Program-made: the position numbers and the translations under genes
NCBI GenBank assembly: GCA_002633005.1
Contig: NMRA01000015.1
Location: 675,239-739,238, forward strand
DNA length: 64,000 bases
Direction: 5' to 3'
Source: Phoronis australis
Lineage: Eukaryota; Animalia; Phoronida
Notes under the pieces: generated by a model
The model's database searches: none
What the model was told of the DNA's origin: nothing
The model's input: only the letters and a program-made list of their open reading frames with translations
Part shown: positions 26,756 to 38,777 of the stretch, piece by piece
Position numbering within the stretch: position 1 is the first letter of the stretch
Layout: every line of letters begins with the position of its first letter

Positions 26756-27604
26756 GTAACACTTTTATTTACCCAACAGGTAGGTTTTAGACATGTAAGG
26801 TTTATTAGGGTAAAAATCCTACAATTTGACTTGAAAATAATTGCTAATATTTAAATTGTACAATATTTCAAAGGTTTACTTCCTTGGTGATGACTTGCGT
26901 GCTATTCAAGTACTAACGGTGAATTAACATTTTCTTCAACTGTTGACATACTTAACAAAATTAAATTCGAGTTGTCTGCCATTTTGAGTTCCAAACTGAA
27001 GTTTGCTGTATGGAAGTTATTACATCCAAATAAATGAGATTTACAACAAATTGTCAATAGCTGAAGTTTTGTCTACACGAGTAGTTAGGCCATAAAAGCA
27101 TAGTTGGTTCTGGTCTTCACCCAGACTCGTTATGAGACCTGCAATCACTGATTACAAAAAAAATGTCTGCTGCACCACTTTCGGATGACATTTCCTTGGT
27201 TTTTTTTTTGAAAAGCTGCTCAAAGGCACTTTAAAAAGGATAAGTTTGAAATGCCAGGATTTGCAAAGTGATGACTCGGGTGGACCAAACCAATTATCTG
27301 TTTCTTTTTGACCTCACCTCCCGCTAGTTGTCTCGAGAAATAGGTAATCAGGCATAAGTGACTGTGGAGGAAGTTAACTGTTGCTCACTGATGCCAGTCT
27401 TAACAACTTGCGCCCCCTATGATATAGAGCAAGTTGTTCCAGAACAACTCACCCGAGCTCAAGTGCCCATGTGAACAGAAGTTGTGTCTAGGTGGTGAAA
27501 TTGTCAGCTATGTGCTGCAGCTTAGTTGGTACGTCACTCACAGCACATCTTTCTTCTTTAATTGCCTTGTCACTTATGGCATGTTTCTTGTATGGAGAAA
27601 CAGC

Positions 27605-27838
27605 TCATCAGGGGCAACTTGATGCAAGCCGGGTCATCAGCGGCAACTTGATGCTAGCGGGGTCATCAGGGGCAACTTGATGCAAGCCGGATCATCAGGG
27701 GCAACTTGATGCTAGCCGGGTCATCAGGGGCAACTTGATGCAAGCCGGGTCATCAAGGGCAACTTGATGCAAGCCGGGTCATCAGGGGCAACTTGATGCA
27801 AGCCGGGTCATCAGGGGCAACTTGATGCAAGCAGGTCA
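27605..27838 (+). repeat. 29-bp minisatellite GGGTCATCAGGGGCAACTTGATGCAAGCC, about 8 copies
   Basis: Visible tandem units. Confidence 0.95.
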
Positions 27839-27984
27839 TTTGAGCTGGGGGAACTACGTGTCTGGACACCTTAAGTCTTTATATATAAGAAACCAAGACA
27901 TAGTGTCTTGAGTTTAATCCATCTGAGCTATTTATGATGAGGTATTTGTTGATTTTGCATTACACAATGTAACATTTTTTGGAG

Positions 27985-29045
27985 GTGTGTTTCTTGGTGT
28001 TGTGTTCACACCAAAGTTACTGTGGACTATGGCTACTCATACCTTGTCAGCCCAAGCCATGAAGGTCGCTTTGAAGGTTGCTATTACGGTCGACAAGCTA
28101 CAAAGAGGCTTGACCATGTTTCTACCATGTGTGACTTTTGAGATATTTGATAAAATGGTTTACCTTACCTTGTGTTATGGAGCCAAAATATGGGTTGTAC
28201 AAGAATACAACTGGTTATTAAAAGTGCATATTTTGTAAGCGTGTGTTGGGTGTAGCTAATTCATGCTCTAACGATGCTGTACTGAGCGAATGTGGCCGGT
28301 TGTCATTATTTACTAAGTACTATGTTGCCGTGATCACGTATTGGTTCAAACTTCTCAAAATGCCTTCTCACCGTAACTCAAGGGCAGCTTACGACAACTT
28401 GTATGACTTGGATGATCAAAATGGTCAGCACTCCCAAAATTGGGCCACATCCGTTAGACTTATATTGTCAAATTATGGATTCCAAGAAGTTTGGATAAAT
28501 CAAGGCGTTGTGTGTGAAAATACTTTTCTGCTAATTTTTAGACAGGGATTAAGGGATTTTTATTGGCAAGGATGGAGACAAAGTGTTGAGAGTAATCCTA
28601 AACTGTGTTTTTATAATCAGTTTAAATTGGGAAATTTCAAGTTTGAATACACCCCGTGCACTAATTGTGTCCCTGGAACGTTTTCATTGTTCTAGCCACA
28701 GTCTTACGATTGAAGTAGGCAGGCACTTGAATTTGGATAGGGTAAATAGTGTGTCCCTTCTGCCCTAATGTTGTTGGAGAGGAGTACCATTTCCTTCTTA
28801 GCTCTGATAAATATTCTGAATTGAGAGAAAATTATATTGAAATGTATCACTGGAATTTTCCATCTGTTTTCAAGTTCAATAGATTAATGTCAACAAGTGG
28901 TGATGCTAAATTAGTTAACCTAATTGGTTATGTCAGTATTTTATGCTTTTCGACTGTGTGATAGCTTGCTGCACTCTTAAGTATGTTACATGTTGTTGTG
29001 CAGTGGGCCTATGTCCTTTATTACACAAATAAATTGATTGATTGA
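27985..29045 (+). mobile_element. 5'-truncated, decayed non-LTR retrotransposon (RTE-X-like ORF C-terminus) with (ATTG)n tail
   Basis: Broken frames FLGVVFT, FDKMV..LCYGAKIW, LGV..SCSNDAVLSECGR, YWFKLL, NWA..VR..L..YGF.EVWINQ, SSHSLTIEVGRH, CPFCPNVVGEEYHFLL. Ends AATAAATTGATTGATTGA. Confidence 0.85.
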
Positions 29046-29277
29046 GACTGTAACATTTTATCGACTCAGTAGGCTTATGGACTCAATAAAACATTACACG
29101 AAATATCAATTTGGATGACCCGAGTGAGATCTATGCAATGTCAAACTAGACATGCTCTTCATAGTTGTCTATTATGCAAAAATTTGCAAATATTTTCTTA
29201 TTTAGTCGAATAATTAGGTGTTAAGAGTTATGACTACACTATTTTGAAATGTTAAATGTTTCTGTATTATGTTACAG

Positions 29278-29591
29278 GTACTAGTTATGGCTATCATGCG
29301 TTAACTTTTGGTTTGTATGTGGATCAACTTATACGTCGCGTTGATCCTCTCCACCGCTCTGCCAAGCAGTTTTTTGCGGATGAAATCGCCTCACCATTCA
29401 ACGTGGATTTTTTTATTGGAAAACCGTTACAAGAACACTACAGAGCTGCTCGTCAGAGTGACAAATTAGCGGGTCTAGTGCGGACAGTAACTGAGGGTTC
29501 TGTATCTCAGCTCCTGTGGAGCCTGTCTTTCTTGGTCCATATGCCTGAACTGCTGACAAAAGCTATGTTCAACCCATCAGGTTTGGAAGTG
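29278..29591 (+). CDS. Beta-lactamase-like exon 6: TSYGYHALTFGLYVDQLIRRVDP...EIASPFNVDFFIG...MFNPSGLEV
   Basis: GYHALTFG (motif-II tyrosine), TTACAG acceptor, GTAAGG donor. Confidence 0.93.
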
Positions 29592-29837
29592 GTAAGGAAG
29601 TCTCATGTGCGTTTAAATATGTTATACAACACACATTTTAATGACTGAAATTTCAGATGCTCAAGCAGATTTAATCAAGGGTGAAGGTTTTTTACAATGT
29701 ATTTCATTTGGTCAACGTTGTAAAACCTGTTTGTTTTCTGTGTTTGCGTAGAAATGCTGATTACCTTAACGATGTGTCACTCATTGGCTGTTCGAGGACA
29801 ATATTTGTTTCAAAGCAATAATTTTGGGTATATTTAA

Positions 29838-31593
29838 GGGCTGTTCCAACAAAATCTGTATGGGAGGGGGGACGGCGTGGTTGTCTTCTGAAGGAGATTT
29901 AAATTATGGGTGCAGCTGGTCCTTCTTGAAGGAAGGAAATCATTGAAAGTGGGTGGTGTTTTTTGTCCAGGTGGCTATTTTCAGCCAAACACCAACTTCA
30001 ATCCCCTTTGAAACAAATTCAAAAACTCATCAAAAATTCTCTTAGCAGACACCCAAAAGCAACGAAACACACCCATGCAATTTGCACACTACGCCCTTAC
30101 TCAGGTCATGGGCAACTTGATTGTTGGCACATGATGCGCAGCCATATTGAACTGAAAATTACTGCAACACTAAACTTGTGTAAACACATGTAAGAAAATC
30201 TGATGAATTTTTTAATAAAAAGTATGAGGAGTCAGATAAACAAGTTCCAATATTCACTTGGTGTGGCTGCCTAAAAGCATTTGTGGAAACAATTTGAAAT
30301 TCGGAGATCCATGAAATTGAAAAAATCTTTTTGGAATTACACACACCTGGTAGACAGAGACACATGGCGGCTGCGTAAAGTATTGCTTAAAGGTGTCTTT
30401 GAAAAGCAAGTTTCATGTAACTGACAAGAGGTGTGATATCACATGGAATTTTTCTGCTCTCACAAAACTTTTGTGGTCGCGTATAGTCAGCATCCCGTCC
30501 ATCCGTTCATCCACCTGTCGGCCTGTCTGTTGTTATCATTTCTTGTCCATCAATTATCTCAACAACCGCTTGACAGATCATGATGAAATTTGGTGTAGAG
30601 GTACTTGGTGGGGATGCGACGAATTTGGTTACCTTGACACCCCACGTTGGCTGCTTTAGTTTTCGACAAGCCATTTCCATTGTGCGTGGATTTTATCAAA
30701 AACTACTTGATTGATCATGATGACATTCAATACAAAGGTATATGGTGAAAATGCCCTGTCACCAGTCGATTTTTGGACTGATTCAAGCCAGATTGTTTTC
30801 GACTACTCAAGTCATTCATTGTCCGTCAATTATATAGAAACCGCTTAATGGATATTGATGACATTTGGTACAGAGATAGATGGTGGGGGTGTGCCAGTAC
30901 CAGTCATTTTTTCAGATTAGGCTACTGTAGTACTCTCTGTTGGCCATTTTAGTTTTTGACCAGACAGGTTGATTATCCCAAAAACCACTAGGCACAACAG
31001 ATGAAATTTGGTACAAAGATATATGGCAAGGATAGATATGCTCACAGCAACTGATTTTTATTTTGATTCGACAACCCTCTTGGTCACTTAAGCTTTCGAC
31101 TAGACAGCTTAGTTTTTGTCCGTATATCATCTAAGTATGATGTAACAGATCATGACATGTGTCCTAGAGGCAATTTGCATACAATTGTTGCTCCCTCTTG
31201 TAGGTATTTTGAAATAATGAGCCCCCGTAGTATCTGCCATTTGCAGTGCACACAAAGGGAGCATACCAACATTCTTGTTCATTAATCGCTATTCACTAGA
31301 AAGCATGACTAAGTGAATTTTTATTCCTTGTCTGGGAGGGAGCTGATGTTGTGTCTGCTGAACTGTTTTCGGCTCACGAAACACTGAAGACCAAAAATAT
31401 CTGAAGAACCTGACATGTGTATTGCCATATATAATTCAAGCATAATTTAAAAATGTGGCTGGTTGAATTATATAGTTCAACCTAATTAAAAAGTATGGGT
31501 GGTGGGTTTGAAAAATAAAAGAAAAATATGGGCAGTGGGTAAAAAAATGAAAGTGCCTTCCCCCTCCCATACGTTTTTTTACTGGAACATCCC
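29838..31593 (+). mobile_element. Non-autonomous DNA transposon (PIF/Harbinger-like ends) with a nested HINE-like insert at about 30470-31190
   Basis: TIRs GGGCTGTTCCAACAAAATCTGTATGGGAGGGGG / CCCCCTCCCATACGTTTTTTTACTGGAACATCCC, flanked by TAA and TTA. Confidence 0.75.
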
Positions 31594-32310
31594 TTACAGG
31601 CTTCATCCTATTTTTCATTCAATTTTTGATCAACATTCAAAATAAAACACTGACTATTAGTGAATTCTTCCAAAGTGTTACTGTTAGTATTTTATTTTGC
31701 ATTTTGTGACAAGTAATATCAGTGTAGAGATGACAGTGCGGCGTTTGAAGACTTTAAGACCCTAATAATTGCACTTAGTTGTCCTGCCTGAAGTTTAATG
31801 AGACAAAACTGTAGTTATTTCATATGTGAAATATGGCGAAGTAGTTCTTCCGTAGTTCACAGATTGATAACACAGATAGTGTGTGACCTTATCATCATGC
31901 TTGTATGGTATTTGTTTTTACTGGGATTTTCTGAATGACCCACAAAGCAATTTTGCATTCACAAAAAGGCTCCAGTTGTCTTTTTCTTAAAAAAGGGGCT
32001 CCGCATTTTCGGAAACTGGGATTGTGAGGTTAAGTAACAGCAGGCTTAGTGCTGTAAGAGAGGGTAAGTGGACACAATGGTGTTGGCATCAGAGTTAGTG
32101 ATTAGGTAGACCTGGGCTTGAAATACTAGCCATGTTTCACTTAAGTGATTTCTTTCAAGACGATGGCTGGAAATGCCAGAGACACATTGTCAACTTGTTG
32201 TCTCTGCCCTTTGTTGTCTCTGCCCTTTGTTGTCTCTGCCCTTTGTTTAAGATCACTTGTAGACCTAGTTCATGTTGCCTGTTGTAATCAACATTGTTGT
32301 TTTATTTTAG

Positions 32311-32382
32311 AATTCTGTTGAGTCCCACTCATACGGCATCATTTCATCCAATGGCTTTGGAACTGCAGAGGCTGTGGCTAAG
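32311..32382 (+). CDS. Beta-lactamase-like exon 7: NSVESHSYGIISSNGFGTAEAVAK
   Basis: S-x-NG-x-GTA-x-x-x-AK motif, TTTTAG/GTAAAC splice sites, phase 0. Confidence 0.88.
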
Positions 32383-32984
32383 GTAAACATTCTGCTCCAT
32401 TTTGTCCGTGGTCTAAAATTAAGCTAACTCGCTGTGCTCGTCGGCTGTACATCATTCACTTTGCTGGTTCTAAAGGGTCAACCAGCTAAGACATTTGATT
32501 GGTCTGTAAACTGGAATTTGTCTTCAAGAACCAAATCAGATGACTTAGCCCGTTGACCCTGCGTAACCGTTGATGTGAGTTAAATGTAGCCATTGACTAT
32601 AGTGTGACAGAAATGTGTAATTTGATTTGGGTACATTTAAAAATAAGTCATTATCTCCCCTTCGTTGAGTGTTCCTTGGTTGTTGAATTGAAAATATATG
32701 TCAGATTTTAAGGGAACATCTACTGAAGGAAAATACTGCAATGATGCACAAAGTGTGTTGAGGTATTTTCGCTACCTTTCAAGTATTGGCAAGGCAATGA
32801 GAGTGGTCACTAAAGATGTGAATATCCAACGTGTCATGAACAATGTTAGATGTTGTAATAACCTCTCTACCATGTATGTAAAACCAAGGTTTATGTGATA
32901 TGTTGTAAAGATGTCTCGCTTCATCTATATTTTGTCAGTGGATGTCTGGGGATGGGTACAAATGACTGATGTATAGTTCACCTC

Positions 32985-33245
32985 GTCTGGCCACCGCCTT
33001 GTTGTCTGGCCACCACCTTGTTATCTGGCTACCGCCTTGTTGTCTGGCCACCACCTGGTTTGGCCACCGCCTTGTTGTCTGGCCACCGCCTGGTTTGGCC
33101 ACCGCCTTGTTGTCTGGCCACCACCTGGTTTGGCCACCGCCTTGTTGTCTGGTCACCGCCTGGTTTGGCCACCGTCTTGTTGTCTGGTCACCGCCTTGTT
33201 TGGCCACCGCCTTGTTGTCTGGCCACCGCCTTGTTGTCTGGCCAC
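32985..33245 (+). repeat. GC-rich 16-19-bp minisatellite (GTCTGGCCACCGCCTTGTT variants)
   Basis: Visible tandem units. Source of four overlapping spurious ORFs. Confidence 0.95.
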
Positions 33246-33522
33246 TGCATTTTTGCAGCCCACTTAACAAAATATTCATAAGCATATTGTCTTTTTGTCA
33301 AACAACATGTAGCAGATGACATGTTAATACTTTTTGTGAGAAAATGGACAGAGTAATCAAACTTTTACTTCAGGCTGCAAAGTTCTTGCTGTACGTGGTA
33401 AGAGTTGTGTATAGTGCTGAGGTCTCAGTCTGTTGTCTGTGGTAAGTGTACTATGACCTGTGTCAACCTTAAATGAGGAAGAGGTTGAATTTATGTAATT
33501 ATGTCTTGTGTACAACATACAG

Positions 33523-33699
33523 GTTTTTGGTATCCTGGCAGATGGCGGTAAAAGCATCGATGATAAACGGCTGTTGTCAGAAACTGTTGTTGATCGTCTG
33601 AATACCATCGAGACCCAACCTGGTACAGACAAGGTGTTGGGTATGAAGGGGTTCTCGTTTGGGCCAGGCACAATGATACTACCTCCACTACTGGGAATG
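33523..33699 (+). CDS. Beta-lactamase-like exon 8: VFGILADGGKSIDDKRLLSETVVDRL...DKVLGMKGFSFGPGTMILPPLLGM
   Basis: LA-x-GG...RLLS and D-x-VLG motifs, AG/GTGAGA splice sites. Confidence 0.9.
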
Positions 33700-34977
33700 G
33701 TGAGATATTATTTATGCTTACTGATTCGTTAATAAGGATTTTGACTGTTTTTAATGACTAAGACCATACGGTTCCAAGGCAAAATGATCAGAAAATGACG
33801 TGGAATTTCTCGCATGATCTCCGTGTGCGAGCAGAATTCCCTGTCTTGGTGGTGGAGCGCATGTTGAATTCATTTTCATGGTAGGAAACTTGATTGTCTC
33901 TGATTGATGATGACATTACATTCAGTTTGTTTCAGAAAATTAAAATATGTCACCTGCTAACTTTAAACATCTTGAAATACTCATGTGGGCGAAATGTTGG
34001 CAGCATTTGAATCAACTAATCATTTCAATTTTTAGGTTCACTTTTTGTAAACTTTGGATAATAAAAATGCAAATACACTCAGAACTGTAATTTATGAACT
34101 GTTCCCATCTGGTTTGAGGAAACTTATTCCATGTCGTAAACTTGATGGCAGCCTTTCATACGAAAGCTGACAACTTAGCAAAGATATACGACCATGTGTT
34201 CTGACATATTGCGAACACTGGTTTTGGAATTCATGGTTGGACATTTAGTAGTAATTAGGTTCAGTTTGGCTGTAGTGAGAAGAATCCTGGAATTTATTCA
34301 TTGACAGCCCTATTGATTGACAGTCTTAATGGTTGACTGACATTCCTAATGGTTGACAGGCAAGCAAATGTTTATCATTCCTAATTTTTTTGTTAAAGCA
34401 CTTGCTGTTTCTGACCAAAGACTATGAATAAAAAAGATAAAAGACAACAGACTGTCTACAATCAATAAAAACTAAATTTCCAAGCATTTTGCTCCTCCAT
34501 TGATGAAGAGCACAATTATGTTTTTATTAAATGTGTACTGCCCAAATTTGTTGTTGTCTTTTTTTGTTCGTAAAAATTTCCTAACTTGAAAATGTTTTAT
34601 CACTCAGGCTGTTCCCTTGGCACTTTAGTAATTTGTATGCCACAATAAGAAGATGTAAGGTTTGTTTCAGCATTCACTTCCATTGACTGACTTGTTAGTG
34701 AGGGCAGCCTGTCTTGTTCAGTGTGGGGCTCAATGGAATTGAATGTAGAAGCAAGACATGGGCCCTTTGCTGGGGCGTTAATGTCGATTTTCTGTTGTTG
34801 CATGCATAATTAATGAGGCCACACTGAAATTTTCTCTCTAAATGTAATTTCTGGAATTTGTACTTTTTAATAAGGTAACTCCAAAAACATTTTATTTGCT
34901 TTCCTTTTAAGTTGCCACCACATTTGTTGCCATGGTTTTCATGTTATTAACCTCTAACTGACACTGTTAACTTTTAG

Positions 34978-35163
34978 AATGAGACTGTGTTCGGTCACTA
35001 TGGTATGGGATGCCAGGCAGGTTTCGCCGACGTGAAACGCAAAATTGGTTGGGCGTACACAACAAACTACTTGTCAGGGATACTGGACATTCGGCATGAG
35101 CAGCGATATGCTGGTCTAGTAAAGGAACTGTATAACAGTGTCAGTGCACTGGATGATGACTGA
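34978..35163 (+). CDS. Beta-lactamase-like last exon: NETVFGHYGMGCQAGFADVKRKIGWAYTTNYL...SALDDD*
   Basis: FGH-x-G-x-G motif III and AY-x-x-N. The nine exons sum to 1290 nt = 429 aa + stop. Confidence 0.93.
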   Translation, partial: NETVFGHYGMGCQAGFADVKRKIGWAYTTNYLSGILDIRHEQRYAGLVKELYNSVSALDDD

Positions 35164-36695
35164 AACTGACTGGTCTCCTAGCAACCACTCTTACAACTGT
35201 ATCTCATACACACTGGACTCCTTGTTCTTGAGATTTACTCTTTACAATGATGTCAGAGCTACACGCATGATTTTAAGGTTTTGTAGGATTTTACAGAAAT
35301 GTCCAAATTTGGCTAACTTTAAAACAACATATTTCAGAAATGGCTGATTCATATGAAACTTCCAGATGCCATGTCTGATACACTGATCTTCAAAACCTTG
35401 TTAGGAATAGTTTATAAAATGTTTCACTTTTGCATGGCGGGCTGTAGAAAAATGGCACTTCATGAAAGTACAAAAAGTTTTCATATGCAAAAATGAAATG
35501 ATAATTCAGAATACTGGAACAGCATCTTTGAGGTTTCATCTTAAACATTTGTTTCAAATGAAATTTGATCATGTTATTGATACCATTGCTTGACTAGGAA
35601 TTCAATGTACATTAGTTTTTTGCTTAATTTTACTGAAATACATTGTCGCGTGATCCAAGTAATGGCAGGTCAGTATAAAGGAAAAATCAAATTCTGCAGA
35701 TCATGTTTATATTTATTGTATGCACTTTGTTAACGGCAATAATTATGCACAATCTGTGATTCCCTTTTCCTACAATCATCTCTCCTCTTTTTGGAGGTAG
35801 AAAAATACATTATATAATTTATCTATTTATCAAAAGCTAGGTCCACTCAGCTTTTCTATTTTTGCCAGTATTGCAACTCACTATTCAACAATATAACTTA
35901 GTTGCAGTTGAAATGGAGAATGAGGAACCAATTCTCTTGTAAATGAATGGTTACTATGGCAGTAGTGGCATGTGTACCATACTGACACGCTGCATTGTGG
36001 GTAAATAGCACAGAATCAGAGTGAGGCTGCTTGAATTTCTGAAAGTGGTGTACACAATGTTAAAAAGTATGTAATTATGAAAATGTTAAATTGTGTGTCT
36101 TGGTTGGTGGAATAGGCTGTGTAACTGATGTTTTTTAATGTAATCTAGGATTGCTACAGGGTTGCTCCTTGTCACTCATATTATTTTGAATGTTTATGAA
36201 TGACTTAGAGAGTGGTTTAATAATGTTAATGAAAAAATACAAAAACTGTTTCAAAAGTGTGTCAAAGGCAATATTTGTTCTGAATAATTATACGTTAAAA
36301 TGTGTGGATGTTCCAGCCTCACTATGGTGGAAATATAAGACCCTAAAATTTTGCCAATTTTATTGCATGGCTCATAAACATAGGACTTTGATGAAGTCAA
36401 AGTTATCAAAACAGTTCATAACAAGTTCTGGAAATATCTTGTTGCAAGTTGGTCACACTGCTAGAGGTGAACATAGGAGAGCAACTGCAATCACAGAGTT
36501 TCAATGGGCTGTATGAGATGACATAATTCAATAGACCTTGGTGGTGTTAGTTTTGATTGAATATGGCTTTCCAGTGTGTTCCTATGGAGATGGTAACAGA
36601 TGACAGAAGTTTCAGACCAATCCAACTACTGTTGTGCTCCCTAGTGGCAATTTTATTTTTTTCCGTTTGCCTCTGTAACTCGTGTTTCTTGATGC

Positions 36696-38379
36696 TTTTT
36701 TATGCGCCCACATATTTATATGGGGGTCGCATATTGCTGTCATCTCTGTCTGGGCGTCCGCAGCTGTATCTCCTAAACCCTCACAGGATCTTGATGAGAT
36801 TTGGCAGATGGCTTCCTATTAAGCTGACGACGAATGACGACATATTTCGAACCTCTCCGACTACGGATATGCCCCCTAGTGGCAATTTTAGTTTTTTACG
36901 CTCACCTCTGTGTCATCGGAGGTACTCACTGTATTTTCACAAAATTTGGAATATAGGGATCTATTAATTAGATGACACTATCCTCTTGTTTTTGGATGGA
37001 TTTGACGTAGTTCGCGCTACTTAGTGGCCGTTTTTACTGTTTTCGGATCTGTTTTTTTGACGTCCACTCCTCTATTAACCAAACCGCTCTTAGGATGATT
37101 TTGAAAATTGTCATGTATGTTCCTACTATGAAAAGTATGGCTGACAATGATTTTCTGATGACTTCGACTACTGTGGCGCCTCTTAGTGGCAGTTTTGTTT
37201 TTGTTCTTTGCGCCCATGGCTGTATCTCCTAAACCGTTTGCAGGTTCTTTTCTAAATTTAGCAAGTGCATTGATATGATGCTGACAACCGACAAGGATGA
37301 TGTCTTTAGCACAGATGTTTTCACCAGTGTGCTACCTAGTGGTAATTTTAGTTTTTTACATTGGACATTTTTACTGTTTTTGGCAACCAAACCATTCTAA
37401 GGCAGATATTGGAAATTGGCGTATATGGTCTCAGTGTGAAGAGGACAGTTGAAGATGATGACGCCGACTACTGTGGCATCCAACATTTATATGAAATTCC
37501 ATATCAAATGCACATTTGATATGGAAAAGGGGTGGTTTTGTTTTGTTTTGCGCCCATAGCTGTATCTTCTTAACCCATTGTCGAATCTTTATTAAATTCA
37601 GTAAGTGTATTTAATAGGAAGCTAATAATAGATGACAACTTTCAGGCGGACACTGTGCCCCCTAGTGGCAGTTTCATTGTTTCTGTTTTCTTTTGTTTTT
37701 TTGAAGTTCTTTGTCAGATTTTTATGAAATTTAGTAAATAGCGTTTTATTGAAGAAGCAATGTCAAGTTCCATTTGCAGTTGGATTGGACGTTTTGCTCC
37801 ATCTAGTGGTCATTTTTATGATACAAATAAACAACTCTAGAAGCACAGGGTTTGGGGTGCATTTGTGGGTGCATTTCAACCCTTTGCGTTGCTCTTGTCA
37901 TGAAATTTGGCAAACAAGTCTGTAGTATAAAGACGACTAAACCTGTCCTTAAGTGACCAATTTAATTATTTTTAGACTGTTTTTATTGCCTGTTTTTGTA
38001 TTTACTAAACCACTTAGAGGATCATTATGAAAATTGGCAGATGTGTTCCTGCTGAGATGAATTTTGAAACGGCTCCTGACCAACTACTGTAATGGCCCCT
38101 AGTGACATTTTTTCGCATCTACCGATGTATTTCCAAAACTCTTTGGAAGATGTCTTTGAAATTTCTAATGACATTTTTTTATGTTTGCCTTTGTTCTGTG
38201 AGGGATTTTCGTGTAATGTGGCGACTAGTTTTGAGAGATAACGACACCTTCCCATTTTTGAACGGGTTCAATGTACTTTCTGCCATCTAGTGGCTATTTT
38301 TATGATACAGAAGCACAGTAGAAGCATGCTGATTGTGGTGAAATGGTGGGAGCATTTTAATGCTGGGGTTGCTCTTGTT
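36696..38379 (+). mobile_element. HINE/Helentron-like element with about 150-bp internal subrepeats and a duplicated 3' end
   Basis: T-run start with short inverted repeat TATGCGCCC..GGGTCGCATA. Repeated GCTGTATCTCCTAAACC..AAATT..CTAGTGG blocks. Two ends, GTTGCTCTTGT, at about 37898 and 38379. Confidence 0.7.
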
Positions 38380-38515
38380 GACATTTTAACAATCTGTTAT
38401 TAACTAAGCCACATGACCATGTTTTTAGTAAAATTTAGCAAACCGTACATTGAGGGCAAAGCTATGACCATATCAATAACACCTTCAAATTTCATTTGAT
38501 ATCAAAAACACTGTT

Positions 38516-38777
38516 CAAAGCTTGGAATTTTCCTTTTTTAAGAGGAATTTCCTCTTTTTTCGTTTCAATTCTGTCGTTTTCATTTCTTATTTGATTTCCA
38601 GTTTCCTCTATTTTCGTCTGCTTTTTATCATTACTTTGACTTTGTTTATGTAAAAGAGTTAATTTCAGTTAAATTTTACTTCACAAAAAATATTGCTATC
38701 ACACCAGCCTATTTTTGTGGATCGATACATCGTCTGGTAAAATTTCCGCTTTTTGTCGCTGTTCATTCCAAGCCCTG
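38516..38777. mobile_element. Small hAT-like MITE
   Basis: Ends CAAAGCTTGGAAT / ATTCCAAGCCCTG. No TSD seen. Confidence 0.5.

Noticed and set aside
31921-31960. DFLNDPQ-like peptide as an extra lactamase exon
   Set aside because: No AG acceptor, and exons 6 and 7 already join in frame.
32935-33319. Four overlapping Pro/Cys/Trp-rich ORFs
   Set aside because: Translations of a stop-free minisatellite in an intron.
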